Shown: positions 9,039 to 17,179, numbered from the stretch's first letter. The stretch is 47,504 nucleotides of DNA from Sedimentisphaerales bacterium (GCA_016928585.1 JAFGKL010000033.1:1-47504), one strand, 5' to 3'. A program made the numbers and translations. Notes: a model not told the origin generated them from the sequence alone.

Positions 9039-9120
9039 CTTTCCACTTCCTCCACAAAAAACATTTACATTTACACTCCGTTGAACCAACAAACAATCCA
9101 TTTCACACACACCACTAACT

Positions 9121-10845
9121 CTACTCTTTTGCTTTTACTATTAAATACGGATCTGCAAAGAAACACCAATCGCTGTCAATCGGTATCGGTGTACCGTCCT
9201 CCAACGACCAGCAGACATCCAATCCCCCATCAGTTGTCACCAGGGATAAAAAGCGATCTGACGGTGAGATCGGAATCGAAATTTCATAAAACTGGTCATT
9301 CTTAACGGCGTTTTCGTTAAAACGCAATTGCCCATCCATCAAAACCCAAAAATCCGCATTCGGCAAGCGTTGCGGGACATTGTCGCAGATACCGCAACGT
9401 GTGCGAAACTCGGTCAGCGTGATATTCGGATAGGCTCTGCGAATTGCCTCAAGATCAAACGTTACTCCCAAGTTAGAATGCATAAAAATACCGGGACGTA
9501 AGCTGTTTCCATACTGCAGTCCATTAAACCACAAATCTTTGGCCGGCTCATCCAGCGGCTCGGGTAATCGGCCCCCGTTTGTGACACCGGCCCAGACCAT
9601 GTGACTGGTATTCGGAAACAATTCGAATTGCAGACCGTTGCTTGAAATTGTAACCGGTCCGAGTTCACTATCCGGAACAAAAACGCCGTCAATAAAATCA
9701 TGCCAAGTCACAGGAACATAATGTTCTTGTCCCTTATGCGGAGTCCAGTCGATAACATTTTCTAACAAAAAGCTTTCACCAGTCAGGGGATCAACCGCCG
9801 ATCCAATCACTCCTGTACCAAAACCATTGCCTCCTCCGACAATATCGGCCAGATTAATTGGTTCGCCCCGCCAGACAAAATTTTCTTTAGAATCAAAAGT
9901 ACGAGCAAACAGTTTTGTATTGCACGGGATGTCTGAAATTACCGATGAGATACCCGATATTTTTTTGGCAAATCCCCGCCCAACTTCCATGCTGACTTTA
10001 TTATCAGATTTCTCTCCGGCTATCAGCGTTGTTTTGCCTTTTATAACATGCAGATTGGTATCGCCATCGATATCGGTTTGAACACCAAACTCCGTACCCA
10101 GATCGATAATTTTGGCATTTTGAGTATAAACAGAAAAACCGGTAGCTGCTTGTGGTACCGTTGCATAAATCCTGCCGTATCGCAAACCGATCCGGTCTTC
10201 GGCAAGAATCTGAAATTCCGCAGGTCCTTCGATCACAACGCGAGCATTGGTATCAAACTGCAATTCAGCAAACCCTTTCCGCAGCAGCAACGGTGTTCCA
10301 TCGTCAAGAAGCCGGGTACCGTTCTGCATCGATGTATTCGTATCGGACCAATTTTCCTGTATGCTGTCTGTAAGGACCGCCACTTCAACACTGGTTGAAA
10401 CCGGCGGAACAACATAAATAAATAAAACAATGAAAAGTAATGCGGCAACGCTGAATATGACCGAAAGGCTTATTTTTTTTGTTTTCTGAGGGATTTCAAC
10501 TTTTTGTATAGACCCTTCTTCTGGTTCTTCCTTCGGAATTTCAATAGCCAGAGCTGTTTTTTCTTCTTCCGCCAATATTTTCATCCAGGTATCAAAATCG
10601 CTGGAGTTGACAATTGTGCTTGAGTCGACAACCTTGCCAGAATCGACATCAGTGCTTGGTATCTCTACGCTTCCCTGTAAAGACATCTCGGTAAATAACT
10701 CCATCAATTCAACGTAGACACGTACCTTATCCGGCCTGGCTATTAAGATGCGGTTTAGCTCCTGCATCTGAGCCGGAGAGGCCTCTCCCTGTAACGCTAA
10801 AAGAACCAATTCAGTAAAATCATATTGTTCTTGAGAATTATCCAT
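9121..10845 (-). CDS. FecR-like transmembrane anti-sigma factor with large C-terminal extracytoplasmic domain
   Basis: 574 aa, with an 8-nt overlap with the sigma gene. It has an N-terminal cytoplasmic anti-sigma segment and a single TM helix (ISLSVIFSVAALLFIVLFIYVV). A FecR-type region follows (GTRLLDDGTPLLLRKGFAELQFDTNARVVIEGPAEFQI). Confidence 0.85.
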   Translation of the reverse strand: MDNSQEQYDFTELVLLALQGEASPAQMQELNRILIARPDKVRVYVELMELFTEMSLQGSVEIPSTDVDSGKVVDSSTIVNSSDFDTWMKILAEEEKTALAIEIPKEEPEEGSIQKVEIPQKTKKISLSVIFSVAALLFIVLFIYVVPPVSTSVEVAVLTDSIQENWSDTNTSMQNGTRLLDDGTPLLLRKGFAELQFDTNARVVIEGPAEFQILAEDRIGLRYGRIYATVPQAATGFSVYTQNAKIIDLGTEFGVQTDIDGDTNLHVIKGKTTLIAGEKSDNKVSMEVGRGFAKKISGISSVISDIPCNTKLFARTFDSKENFVWRGEPINLADIVGGGNGFGTGVIGSAVDPLTGESFLLENVIDWTPHKGQEHYVPVTWHDFIDGVFVPDSELGPVTISSNGLQFELFPNTSHMVWAGVTNGGRLPEPLDEPAKDLWFNGLQYGNSLRPGIFMHSNLGVTFDLEAIRRAYPNITLTEFRTRCGICDNVPQRLPNADFWVLMDGQLRFNENAVKNDQFYEISIPISPSDRFLSLVTTDGGLDVCWSLEDGTPIPIDSDWCFFADPYLIVKAKE

Positions 10846-11365
10846 TTGTCTCCCAGATCAAAAGAGTTTTTTGAATGCATCTGTTTAGGTTTGTATGGAT
10901 CCTTGCCATTATTTTATAAATGCCGGTTTTGGAGGCCCTAAGTTTCTCGGCAATTTGTTTGTAGTTGAAACCATCTTCATAGTGCATTGACAACATCCTG
11001 CGGTCTGACTCTTTTAATTTATTCAGACACCCTCTAAGTGCATTTTTCCTTTTGTCGGAAGAAGGTAAGATGGCTTGAAATTCCTGGATCACTTTTCGGT
11101 ATACATCTTCGCTTAAGAATAAGGAATTTCTGACTTGTTTTTTTCGATAATCAAGTATTCTGTACCTTGCAATCGTGATCCCCCAAGCAGCAAAATTGGT
11201 TCCCTCTTTAAACCGGTCGAACATTCGCCACATCTCTGCCGCTGTTTGCTGCATAATATCCTCAGCATCCGTTTGTCGATGAACCATACTCAAAATAAAC
11301 AAAAATATTTTTTTTTGTTCTTTGGAATAAAGCCCTAAAAAGTCAGTTTTTTTAGAAAGAGGCAT
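10838..11365 (-). CDS. ECF-family RNA polymerase sigma factor
   Basis: 175 aa. Region 2 is like DAEDIMQQTAAEMWRMFDRF...AWGITIARYRILDYRKK. Region 4 helix-turn-helix is FNYKQIAEKLRASKTGIYKIMARI. Confidence 0.9.
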   Translation of the reverse strand: MPLSKKTDFLGLYSKEQKKIFLFILSMVHRQTDAEDIMQQTAAEMWRMFDRFKEGTNFAAWGITIARYRILDYRKKQVRNSLFLSEDVYRKVIQEFQAILPSSDKRKNALRGCLNKLKESDRRMLSMHYEDGFNYKQIAEKLRASKTGIYKIMARIHTNLNRCIQKTLLIWETNG

Positions 11366-11585
11366 AACTCACTACAGTAAATTGGCTTAAAATATATTTG
11401 TCCGTTTAAATGAACATTTACATACAACGGAACCCACTATATTAATAGAGTTCTAAGTCGGTAAAATTAGATGAAGAAAACAAGAATTAATAAAATTTTC
11501 TAAAACATATCGATCGATGCTATTTGCAGGATTTTAGAGGGATCTTCGTTTTTTGGCTAAAATTGGAGTTTGTAATGCTTTTTTT

Positions 11586-11609
11586 CTCTAAAACAGGGTT
11601 TTAAAGCCC
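11586..11609 (-). terminator. weak candidate terminator after serS
   Basis: The minus strand reads GGGCTTTAAAACCC followed by TGTTTT, about 40 nt after the serS stop. The stem is short. Confidence 0.3.
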
Positions 11610-11648
11610 GGAATTGGGTTGAATCTGAATATGGGAAATTTATCCGGA

Positions 11649-12920
11649 TCAGTTTTTTTCTATTTTTTGTTTGTTGCCCATGTAAGGGCGCAGCACCTGT
11701 GGTATTGTGATCGAGCCATCGGCGTTCTGGTTTAGTTCCATTATCGATATTAGTACCCGCGGAGAAGCGATTACCGTATTATTGAGCGTATGACAGAAGA
11801 GGTTTTTGTTTTTTGCGGTCTTATATCTTAAGTTCATTCTTCTTGCCTGGAACTCATAAAATCTACTGGCCGAGTGTGTCTCGCCGTAGCTGTTTCGTGA
11901 TGGCATCCATGCTTCGATGTCATATTTTTGCACCTGTCCCCGTCCAAGGTCTCCAGTGCAGACATTGACGATGCGATATGGTATTCCAAAAGCCTGCATG
12001 ACGGCTTCGGAGTTTTCGAGTATTTCCAGATGATACTTTTTTGATTTTTCTTCATCATTTTCGCCGATGATGACCTGCTCAACTTTGTCGAACTGATGTA
12101 TTCGATAAAGGCCGTGTGTGTCCTTGCCGGCGGCACCGGCTTCTCTTCGGAAGCATGTGCTCATTGCAACGGACTTGATGGGGAGCATTTCTTCTTTTAA
12201 TATTTCGCCGCTATGGTAGGCTGTAACGGGCACCTCTGCGGTTCCTGCAAGATTAAGCTCATCTTTTTCCATTCTGTATGTTTGTTCTTCTGAGCCGGGA
12301 TAATATCCCGTGCCCCGCATTGCCTCATCACGCATCAGGAGGGGTACGGCCATTGGGGTGTATCCTCGTTTTATCATGTAGTCCATTGCAAAGCGAAGTA
12401 CAGCCCAGTGGAGCATTGCACCATCTCCTTTTAAGAAATAGTTTCTTGTTCCAGCGAGTTTTACGCCTCGTTCGATGTCTATCATATCAAGTGCCATGCC
12501 GAGAGCTACGTGATCCTTAGGCTGGAAGTCAAAGGTCGGAATTTCGCCCCATTTTCTAAGCTCGGTATTCTCGGTATCATCTTTGCCGAGAGGTACCTCC
12601 GGAGATGCGGGCTGGGGTACCTCAAGCATAAGTGTGTCAAAATCCGGCTGAAGCTGCTTTATGGTTTCATTCAGTGCAGATTCTTCCTGTTTAAGTTCAC
12701 TTAATTTGTCGAGAGCCGGTTTCTTTTCACTTTCACCTAATTTTGGGATGGATTTTCCGAGGTTATTTTTTTCAGTGGCAATGTCCTGCAGTCGGTTTTT
12801 GTTCTCTCGCAACTGGGTATCGACTTCCAGAAGCTTGTCAATATCAACATCAAAGTTCTTTGCTTTTGCGCCGTCTTTAAAAATCTGTGGATTTTCTCGA
12901 ATTTGCCTTATATCAATCAT
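11649..12920 (-). CDS. serS: seryl-tRNA synthetase
   Basis: 423 aa and full length. It has the N-terminal coiled-coil tRNA arm (MIDIRQIRENP...). Class II core motifs are present (FRREAGAAGKDTHGLYRIHQFDKVE, GETHSASRFYEFQARR, TLNNTVIASPRVL). Confidence 0.97.
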   Translation of the reverse strand: MIDIRQIRENPQIFKDGAKAKNFDVDIDKLLEVDTQLRENKNRLQDIATEKNNLGKSIPKLGESEKKPALDKLSELKQEESALNETIKQLQPDFDTLMLEVPQPASPEVPLGKDDTENTELRKWGEIPTFDFQPKDHVALGMALDMIDIERGVKLAGTRNYFLKGDGAMLHWAVLRFAMDYMIKRGYTPMAVPLLMRDEAMRGTGYYPGSEEQTYRMEKDELNLAGTAEVPVTAYHSGEILKEEMLPIKSVAMSTCFRREAGAAGKDTHGLYRIHQFDKVEQVIIGENDEEKSKKYHLEILENSEAVMQAFGIPYRIVNVCTGDLGRGQVQKYDIEAWMPSRNSYGETHSASRFYEFQARRMNLRYKTAKNKNLFCHTLNNTVIASPRVLISIMELNQNADGSITIPQVLRPYMGNKQKIEKN

Positions 12921-14227
12921 TATTCGTCAAACCTTTTTAAAATGAGAACATTGTTTTGCCCGCCGAAGCCGAAAGATTCTTTCATTGCAATATTAACATC
13001 GGTTTTTCTTGGTTTATTCGGCACAAAATCCAGATCAAGTTCCGGATCCGGGTCGTTTAAGTTCATCGTAGGCGGTAAAGTGTTATCCCTTATTGCCATG
13101 ATACATGTTATAAGTTCAGCACATCCGGTAGCACCGATAAGGTGGCCGAAAACGCTTTTTGGGCTTGAGGCCGGGGTATTTTTGGCTTCTTCTTTGAATA
13201 CTTTTTTTATTGCTTTTGTTTCTATGGAGTCGTTTTCTGCGGTACTTGTTCCGTGAGTGCTGATGTAGTCAATGTCTTTATAGGAGACGTTGGCGTCCTT
13301 CAAGGCCGCTTCAATAGCCTGAACCGCACCGCGAGCATCTTCATGCATGTCAGTAACCCGGAAAGCGTCGCCGCTGGAACCGAAACCTATAAGCTCTGCG
13401 AGTATTTTTGCGTTGCGTTTTTTTGCGGAGTCGAGGGATTCAAGTATGACGACGGCAGCACCTTCGCCCAAGACAAATCCATCCCTGCTTGCAGTGAAAG
13501 GTCTTGAGGCGGTTTTCGGGCTGTCGTTACGAGTGGACAGGGCGGTTAACCTGCAAAAGCCCATGACGCCAAGCGGATGTATCATAGAGTGCGCACCGCC
13601 TGCGATCATAATGTTCGCTTTGCCGCTGCGAACCATCATATATGCTTCGCCGATGGCTTGCGTACTTGCAGCACATGCTGTAAGACAACTTCTTGACGGT
13701 CCCCTTGCACCTGTCAGCATGGCGATGTGTGAAGCCGGCATTACCGGTTCCTGCTCAAGTTCTTTCATTTCGGAGAAATTCGAAAAAGCGTAGTCGCCCC
13801 ATTTTTTCCAGTCCATTTGCCTTTCGTTATCGTTCCATGCCTGCACGAGAACATCAAAGAAGTGGTCATTGTCGACGGAGCCTTCGCCTGCGCCGAGATA
13901 GATGCCCATTTTTCTTCTATCGATACCGTCTGTCGGCCGGTCCGATTCTATTTGGATGCCGGCCTGAGTGCATGCCTGAGCGGCGGCGCCGATGCAGAAG
14001 GCTGTGTGGCGGTTGCCGGTTTTGTGCAGGTCGATATTTTTTGTGTATTTACTGAGGTCAAAATCTTTTACTTCAGCACTGAAAGTAGCAGGACATGTCG
14101 AAGCGTCAAAGGTAGTTGTTTTGTCCATGCCGCTGTTGCCTGCCAAGAGGTTTTTCCACATGGTCTCGACATCGTGGCCAATGGGACATACAATTCCTGA
14201 TCCTGTTATTACTACTCGCTGGTTCAT
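12920..14227 (-). CDS. beta-ketoacyl-ACP synthase (KAS I/II type, canonical Cys-His-His)
   Basis: 435 aa. Motifs: VVITGSG, active-site CLTACAAST, THGTSTAEND, KSVFGHLIGATG, FGFGGQN. There are ATGA overlaps upstream, and the stop shares 1 nt with the serS start. Confidence 0.92.
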   Translation of the reverse strand: MNQRVVITGSGIVCPIGHDVETMWKNLLAGNSGMDKTTTFDASTCPATFSAEVKDFDLSKYTKNIDLHKTGNRHTAFCIGAAAQACTQAGIQIESDRPTDGIDRRKMGIYLGAGEGSVDNDHFFDVLVQAWNDNERQMDWKKWGDYAFSNFSEMKELEQEPVMPASHIAMLTGARGPSRSCLTACAASTQAIGEAYMMVRSGKANIMIAGGAHSMIHPLGVMGFCRLTALSTRNDSPKTASRPFTASRDGFVLGEGAAVVILESLDSAKKRNAKILAELIGFGSSGDAFRVTDMHEDARGAVQAIEAALKDANVSYKDIDYISTHGTSTAENDSIETKAIKKVFKEEAKNTPASSPKSVFGHLIGATGCAELITCIMAIRDNTLPPTMNLNDPDPELDLDFVPNKPRKTDVNIAMKESFGFGGQNNVLILKRFDE

Positions 14228-15546
14228 TTAACCTGTCCGTCAAATTTTTTCAAAATTAAAGCAGTCGTATTTCCGCCGAACGTATAACTGCAGCAAAGAG
14301 CGTAACGTATATCTTTTTGCTGAGGCTTAGTTGAAATGTTCAGTTTACAGCCGGCAGCCTTATTATCGATATTTTTAGCGGGGCCTATCAGCCCATTTTT
14401 CATGGCCATTACAGCGGCGACAACATCAATAGCGCCGGACGCGGCGCCGGTTGTGCTTAGCATGCTTTTTGTAGGCCAGGTCGGAATTTTTTCAGCGGCA
14501 TTGCCGAGAGCATTTTGTATCCCGATGGCTTCTGCCAGGTCGTCCTGCGGAATGCCGATTCCGTGAGGCATTATCAGATCGATATCTTCTGCGGTTATAC
14601 CGGCATCCTCCAAAGCGTTTTCTATAGCGTATTGGATGCTCTTGCCGTCGGCTTCGAGGTGTTTGTAAGAAGGATCAATGTTATTGCTTGAGCCGGAGCC
14701 TACTAACTCTGCATGTATCGTTGCGTTGCGATCCTGTGCGTGCTGCAAGTCTTCCAGGACGAGCATTGCAGAGCCCTCGCCAAAGACAGAACCTTTTGCA
14801 TCGGCGTCGAAAGGCCTTAATGCAGTTTGCGGGTCATCATTTTGTGTGGTTGTTCTGCCTGCGAGGCACTGTCGAAGCATCATTATGGCGTTTACTTTTG
14901 CGTCACAGCCGCCAGCGAGGGCGATGTCTGCGGAGTTTCTTGAGATGACCGAGGCAGCCTCAGTTATTGCAAGGTGTGCAGCAGCCTCTGCGCAGACGAT
15001 AGAATTGTTCGGTCCCTGAATGTCATGTATTATCGCTATGTGACATGCGGGCATGTTGGGTAAGTATTTAAGCAGCCAAAGTGGTGTAATTGAACTTATT
15101 CCGTCAGTTCCCCATTTTTTTGTATCAAATTTATTGTTGGTGATGCATTTTGCGACAGCCGGCGAAAGTTCATCAAGCTCACAGCAGATGACGCCCGCAC
15201 CGATGTTTATCGCGAACCTTTCCGAATCGACATTTATTTTGTCGGGATCTATTCCTTTTGTGATGAGTCCGCTGCTTATGATTGCTTCTTCAGCGGCTAC
15301 AACGGCCAACTGGATATCTCTGCACATAAGCTTTGCAGCTTTGCGGTGAAACTTCGGCAGATGCTTTTGTATTTTGAAGTCGGGTACCTCTCCGGCGAGT
15401 TTGCAAGTGAAACCAGAGGGATCGAAAGCTTTTGTAGTGTCGATAGCGCAAGAAGCATTTGTCAGGCCGGTCCATAAATCGTTGGAGGTTATACCAAGCG
15501 GAGTGATCGCGCCAAAACCTGTTATAACAACTCTTCGGGAAGTCAT
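14224..15546 (-). CDS. beta-ketoacyl synthase-like protein with incomplete catalytic triad (Cys-His-Thr)
   Basis: 440 aa. Motifs: VVITGFG, IVCAEAAA (Cys kept), PHGIGI (first His kept). TKSMLSTTGAASG aligns gaplessly to TKSMTGHLLGAAG of FabF and places Thr at the second His. Confidence 0.85.
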   Translation of the reverse strand: MTSRRVVITGFGAITPLGITSNDLWTGLTNASCAIDTTKAFDPSGFTCKLAGEVPDFKIQKHLPKFHRKAAKLMCRDIQLAVVAAEEAIISSGLITKGIDPDKINVDSERFAINIGAGVICCELDELSPAVAKCITNNKFDTKKWGTDGISSITPLWLLKYLPNMPACHIAIIHDIQGPNNSIVCAEAAAHLAITEAASVISRNSADIALAGGCDAKVNAIMMLRQCLAGRTTTQNDDPQTALRPFDADAKGSVFGEGSAMLVLEDLQHAQDRNATIHAELVGSGSSNNIDPSYKHLEADGKSIQYAIENALEDAGITAEDIDLIMPHGIGIPQDDLAEAIGIQNALGNAAEKIPTWPTKSMLSTTGAASGAIDVVAAVMAMKNGLIGPAKNIDNKAAGCKLNISTKPQQKDIRYALCCSYTFGGNTTALILKKFDGQVK

Positions 15547-16031
15547 TTTATCTTCTCCGAACCCTTTTTTCCGGCAAAATCAGTAAGCAGCGAATTGAAC
15601 ATGTCCGTAAAGACAAAGTTTTCTTCCGGGAACTTTTTGCCGGCAAGGTTGTTGTCGATGTGACTGAACATAAGGCTGATCTCGGCGACAATTTGTTCAC
15701 CTCTCAAGATCTTTCCCGTAGTGCTTGCGGCTTCGGAAGTTATTGATTCAATATCAGCGTGAAGTGTGATGGTGTCGCCGGGTCTTACATATTGATAAAA
15801 GGCTGCTTTTTTTATTTTTGCCAGGATGACTTTCTCCTGAAAGTCCCTTGCTTCGCCTACGAGTATGCCGGCAGTCTGTGCCATAGCCTCAATCATAAGG
15901 CATTCAGGCATTATCTCAAAACCGGGGAAATGGTCGTGCAGATGTTCTTCTGCAAGAGTAACGTTCTTTAGAGCAACGGCGTTTTTGCCACTGTTAAATT
16001 CAAGAAATTTGTCTATCCAAATCCAACGCAT
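15543..16031 (-). CDS. FabZ-like hotdog-fold dehydratase (DH2)
   Basis: 162 aa. Contains DHFPGFEIMPECLMIEAMAQTAG, with the FabZ-type His and Glu contexts. ATGA overlap with the downstream KS-like gene. Confidence 0.8.
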   Translation of the reverse strand: MRWIWIDKFLEFNSGKNAVALKNVTLAEEHLHDHFPGFEIMPECLMIEAMAQTAGILVGEARDFQEKVILAKIKKAAFYQYVRPGDTITLHADIESITSEAASTTGKILRGEQIVAEISLMFSHIDNNLAGKKFPEENFVFTDMFNSLLTDFAGKKGSEKIK

Positions 16032-16059
16032 ATGCTATCCAATTATATTTTTTTGCGAT

Positions 16060-16103
16060 CAGTATAAAATTATCGGCAGGGGCGCGAAAAGCGAACCTGC
16101 CGA
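16060..16103 (-). terminator. intercistronic hairpin / partial terminator after the ACP gene
   Basis: Perfect 8-bp inverted repeat TCGGCAGG...CCTGCCGA (16073-16103) with an internal CGC/GCG sub-stem. On the minus strand it is followed by TAATTTTAT. It lies 25 nt after the ACP stop. Confidence 0.5.
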
Positions 16104-16128
16104 CAATGAGCTTCATTTTCAAATCAAT

Positions 16129-16527
16129 TTACTCAGCATTATTAAGCTTGATGTCAACAAAATTGACAACAGAACGCACGGTAAACATATCCGGAAGTTT
16201 GTTGACATCGGGGTCTTCCTGAAACGAAGAGAAGTCAGAGTGCGGCATCTTTGCCATGAACTCTTTTAATCCTTTATCTGTAAGCTTGCCATTACTGACA
16301 AACTCAGGGTTGCTCAGTAGCGAGTCAGCAGGAAAAAGTTCCTCTCTTGGAATTTTAATCCCAAAGGATTTTTCAAGCCTGAAAACGATATCAAGAAAGT
16401 CAATGCTTTCTGCACCAAGATCACCCATCAGTGTAGCCTCTTCGGTGACTTCATCATCATCTAAACCAAGCGCGTCAATGAGGACTTCCTTAACTTCCTC
16501 AAAAATTTCTTCACGACTCATTGCCAT
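16129..16527 (-). CDS. acyl carrier protein with about 50-aa C-terminal extension
   Basis: 132 aa. GGAGG lies about 11 nt upstream. The ACP helix II site GDLGAESIDFLDIVFRLE places Ser in the phosphopantetheine position. Residues from about 80 to 132 are extra. Confidence 0.85.
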   Translation of the reverse strand: MAMSREEIFEEVKEVLIDALGLDDDEVTEEATLMGDLGAESIDFLDIVFRLEKSFGIKIPREELFPADSLLSNPEFVSNGKLTDKGLKEFMAKMPHSDFSSFQEDPDVNKLPDMFTVRSVVNFVDIKLNNAE

Positions 16528-16572
16528 AATAAAATGCCTCCGGTATAAAAATTCAATCCATTGTAAAAGATA

Positions 16573-17040
16573 CTATTGTGTCAGCAATTTCCATCGCTGT
16601 TTTAAAGATTCAATAATCCTTCCATCGTTCATGGCCATTTTTGGAATTTCATCCGCAAGGTTAAAGTGCCTGAGACTTATTTTTGCCTCGACAATGGTTT
16701 CACCATCGCAGATGCCTGTTCCAGTAAAGCTGCTTTTGTTATCCTCTATTGTTTTTGCTTTAACATTATAGGTTATTTTCATTCCCGGAGCAGCGAAACT
16801 CTTATATTTTACATTTTTTGCAGTTTCAAGCAAGACCATACTATTTCTAAAATCCTGCGAAAGCCTTACAAGCCATGCAGCCGATTCTACCAATCCTTCC
16901 AAGAGCAGTACCCCCGGTAATACGGGAAAAGCCGGAAAATGGTCCGCCAGGTACTCTTCGGCAAGCGAAACAGTTTTTACAGCGGTTAGTTCTTTTCCCT
17001 GTTCTGTTGCTATAATTTTGTCAATAAGTATAAATTTCAT
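16573..17040 (-). CDS. FabZ-like hotdog-fold dehydratase (DH1)
   Basis: 155 aa. Contains DHFPAFPVLPGVLLLEGLVESAAW, with the FabZ-type His/PG/Glu context. It is the first gene of the minus-strand module. Confidence 0.8.
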   Translation of the reverse strand: MKFILIDKIIATEQGKELTAVKTVSLAEEYLADHFPAFPVLPGVLLLEGLVESAAWLVRLSQDFRNSMVLLETAKNVKYKSFAAPGMKITYNVKAKTIEDNKSSFTGTGICDGETIVEAKISLRHFNLADEIPKMAMNDGRIIESLKQRWKLLTQ

Positions 17041-17142
17041 GAGACAGGGATTTTAGTTACTTTGACGGGTTTTTCCAGTAATTTTTCATTAAAATGTGTC
17101 ATTAGTGGGTATAGGGAGTAAAAAGAGGTTGATATTTAAGTT

Positions 17143-17171
17143 TTGTTAAAACGTCCAATAGAGGTTATACT
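17143..17171 (+). promoter_or_regulatory. possible promoter TTGTTA - 17 nt - TATACT abutting the GNAT start
   Basis: The -10-like hexamer ends 8 nt before ATG 17180, and no Shine-Dalgarno lies between them. Confidence 0.25.
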
Positions 17172-17179
17172 GCCCGATT

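Noticed and set aside
9039-9110. The ORF-track N-terminal extension MCEMDCLLVQRSVNVNVFCGGSGK of the PEP-CTERM protein.
   Set aside because: The internal ATG at 9038 is preceded by GGAGG and begins a textbook signal peptide (MNKKLIIVVLLLAVSLLSNASA). The extension has no such support.
11429-11453. GGAAC...GTTC imperfect inverted repeat upstream of the ECF sigma gene, as an operator or ECF autoregulatory promoter.
   Set aside because: The arms match only 4/5. The spacing to any CGT-type -10 does not fit the usual GGAAC-N16/17-CGT pattern on the coding (minus) strand.
11649-12920. serS as an amino-acid:carrier-protein ligase (a SerRS homologue that loads carrier proteins) serving the adjacent ACP.
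   Set aside because: The protein is full length, with the N-terminal coiled-coil tRNA-binding arm and all class II motifs. The known carrier-protein ligases are truncated. It is most simply the housekeeping enzyme.
16256-16771. A 171-aa plus-strand ORF spanning the ACP and DH1 genes.
   Set aside because: It is antisense to two well-supported genes and is Ser/Leu-rich low-complexity sequence with no start context. It is a shadow ORF.
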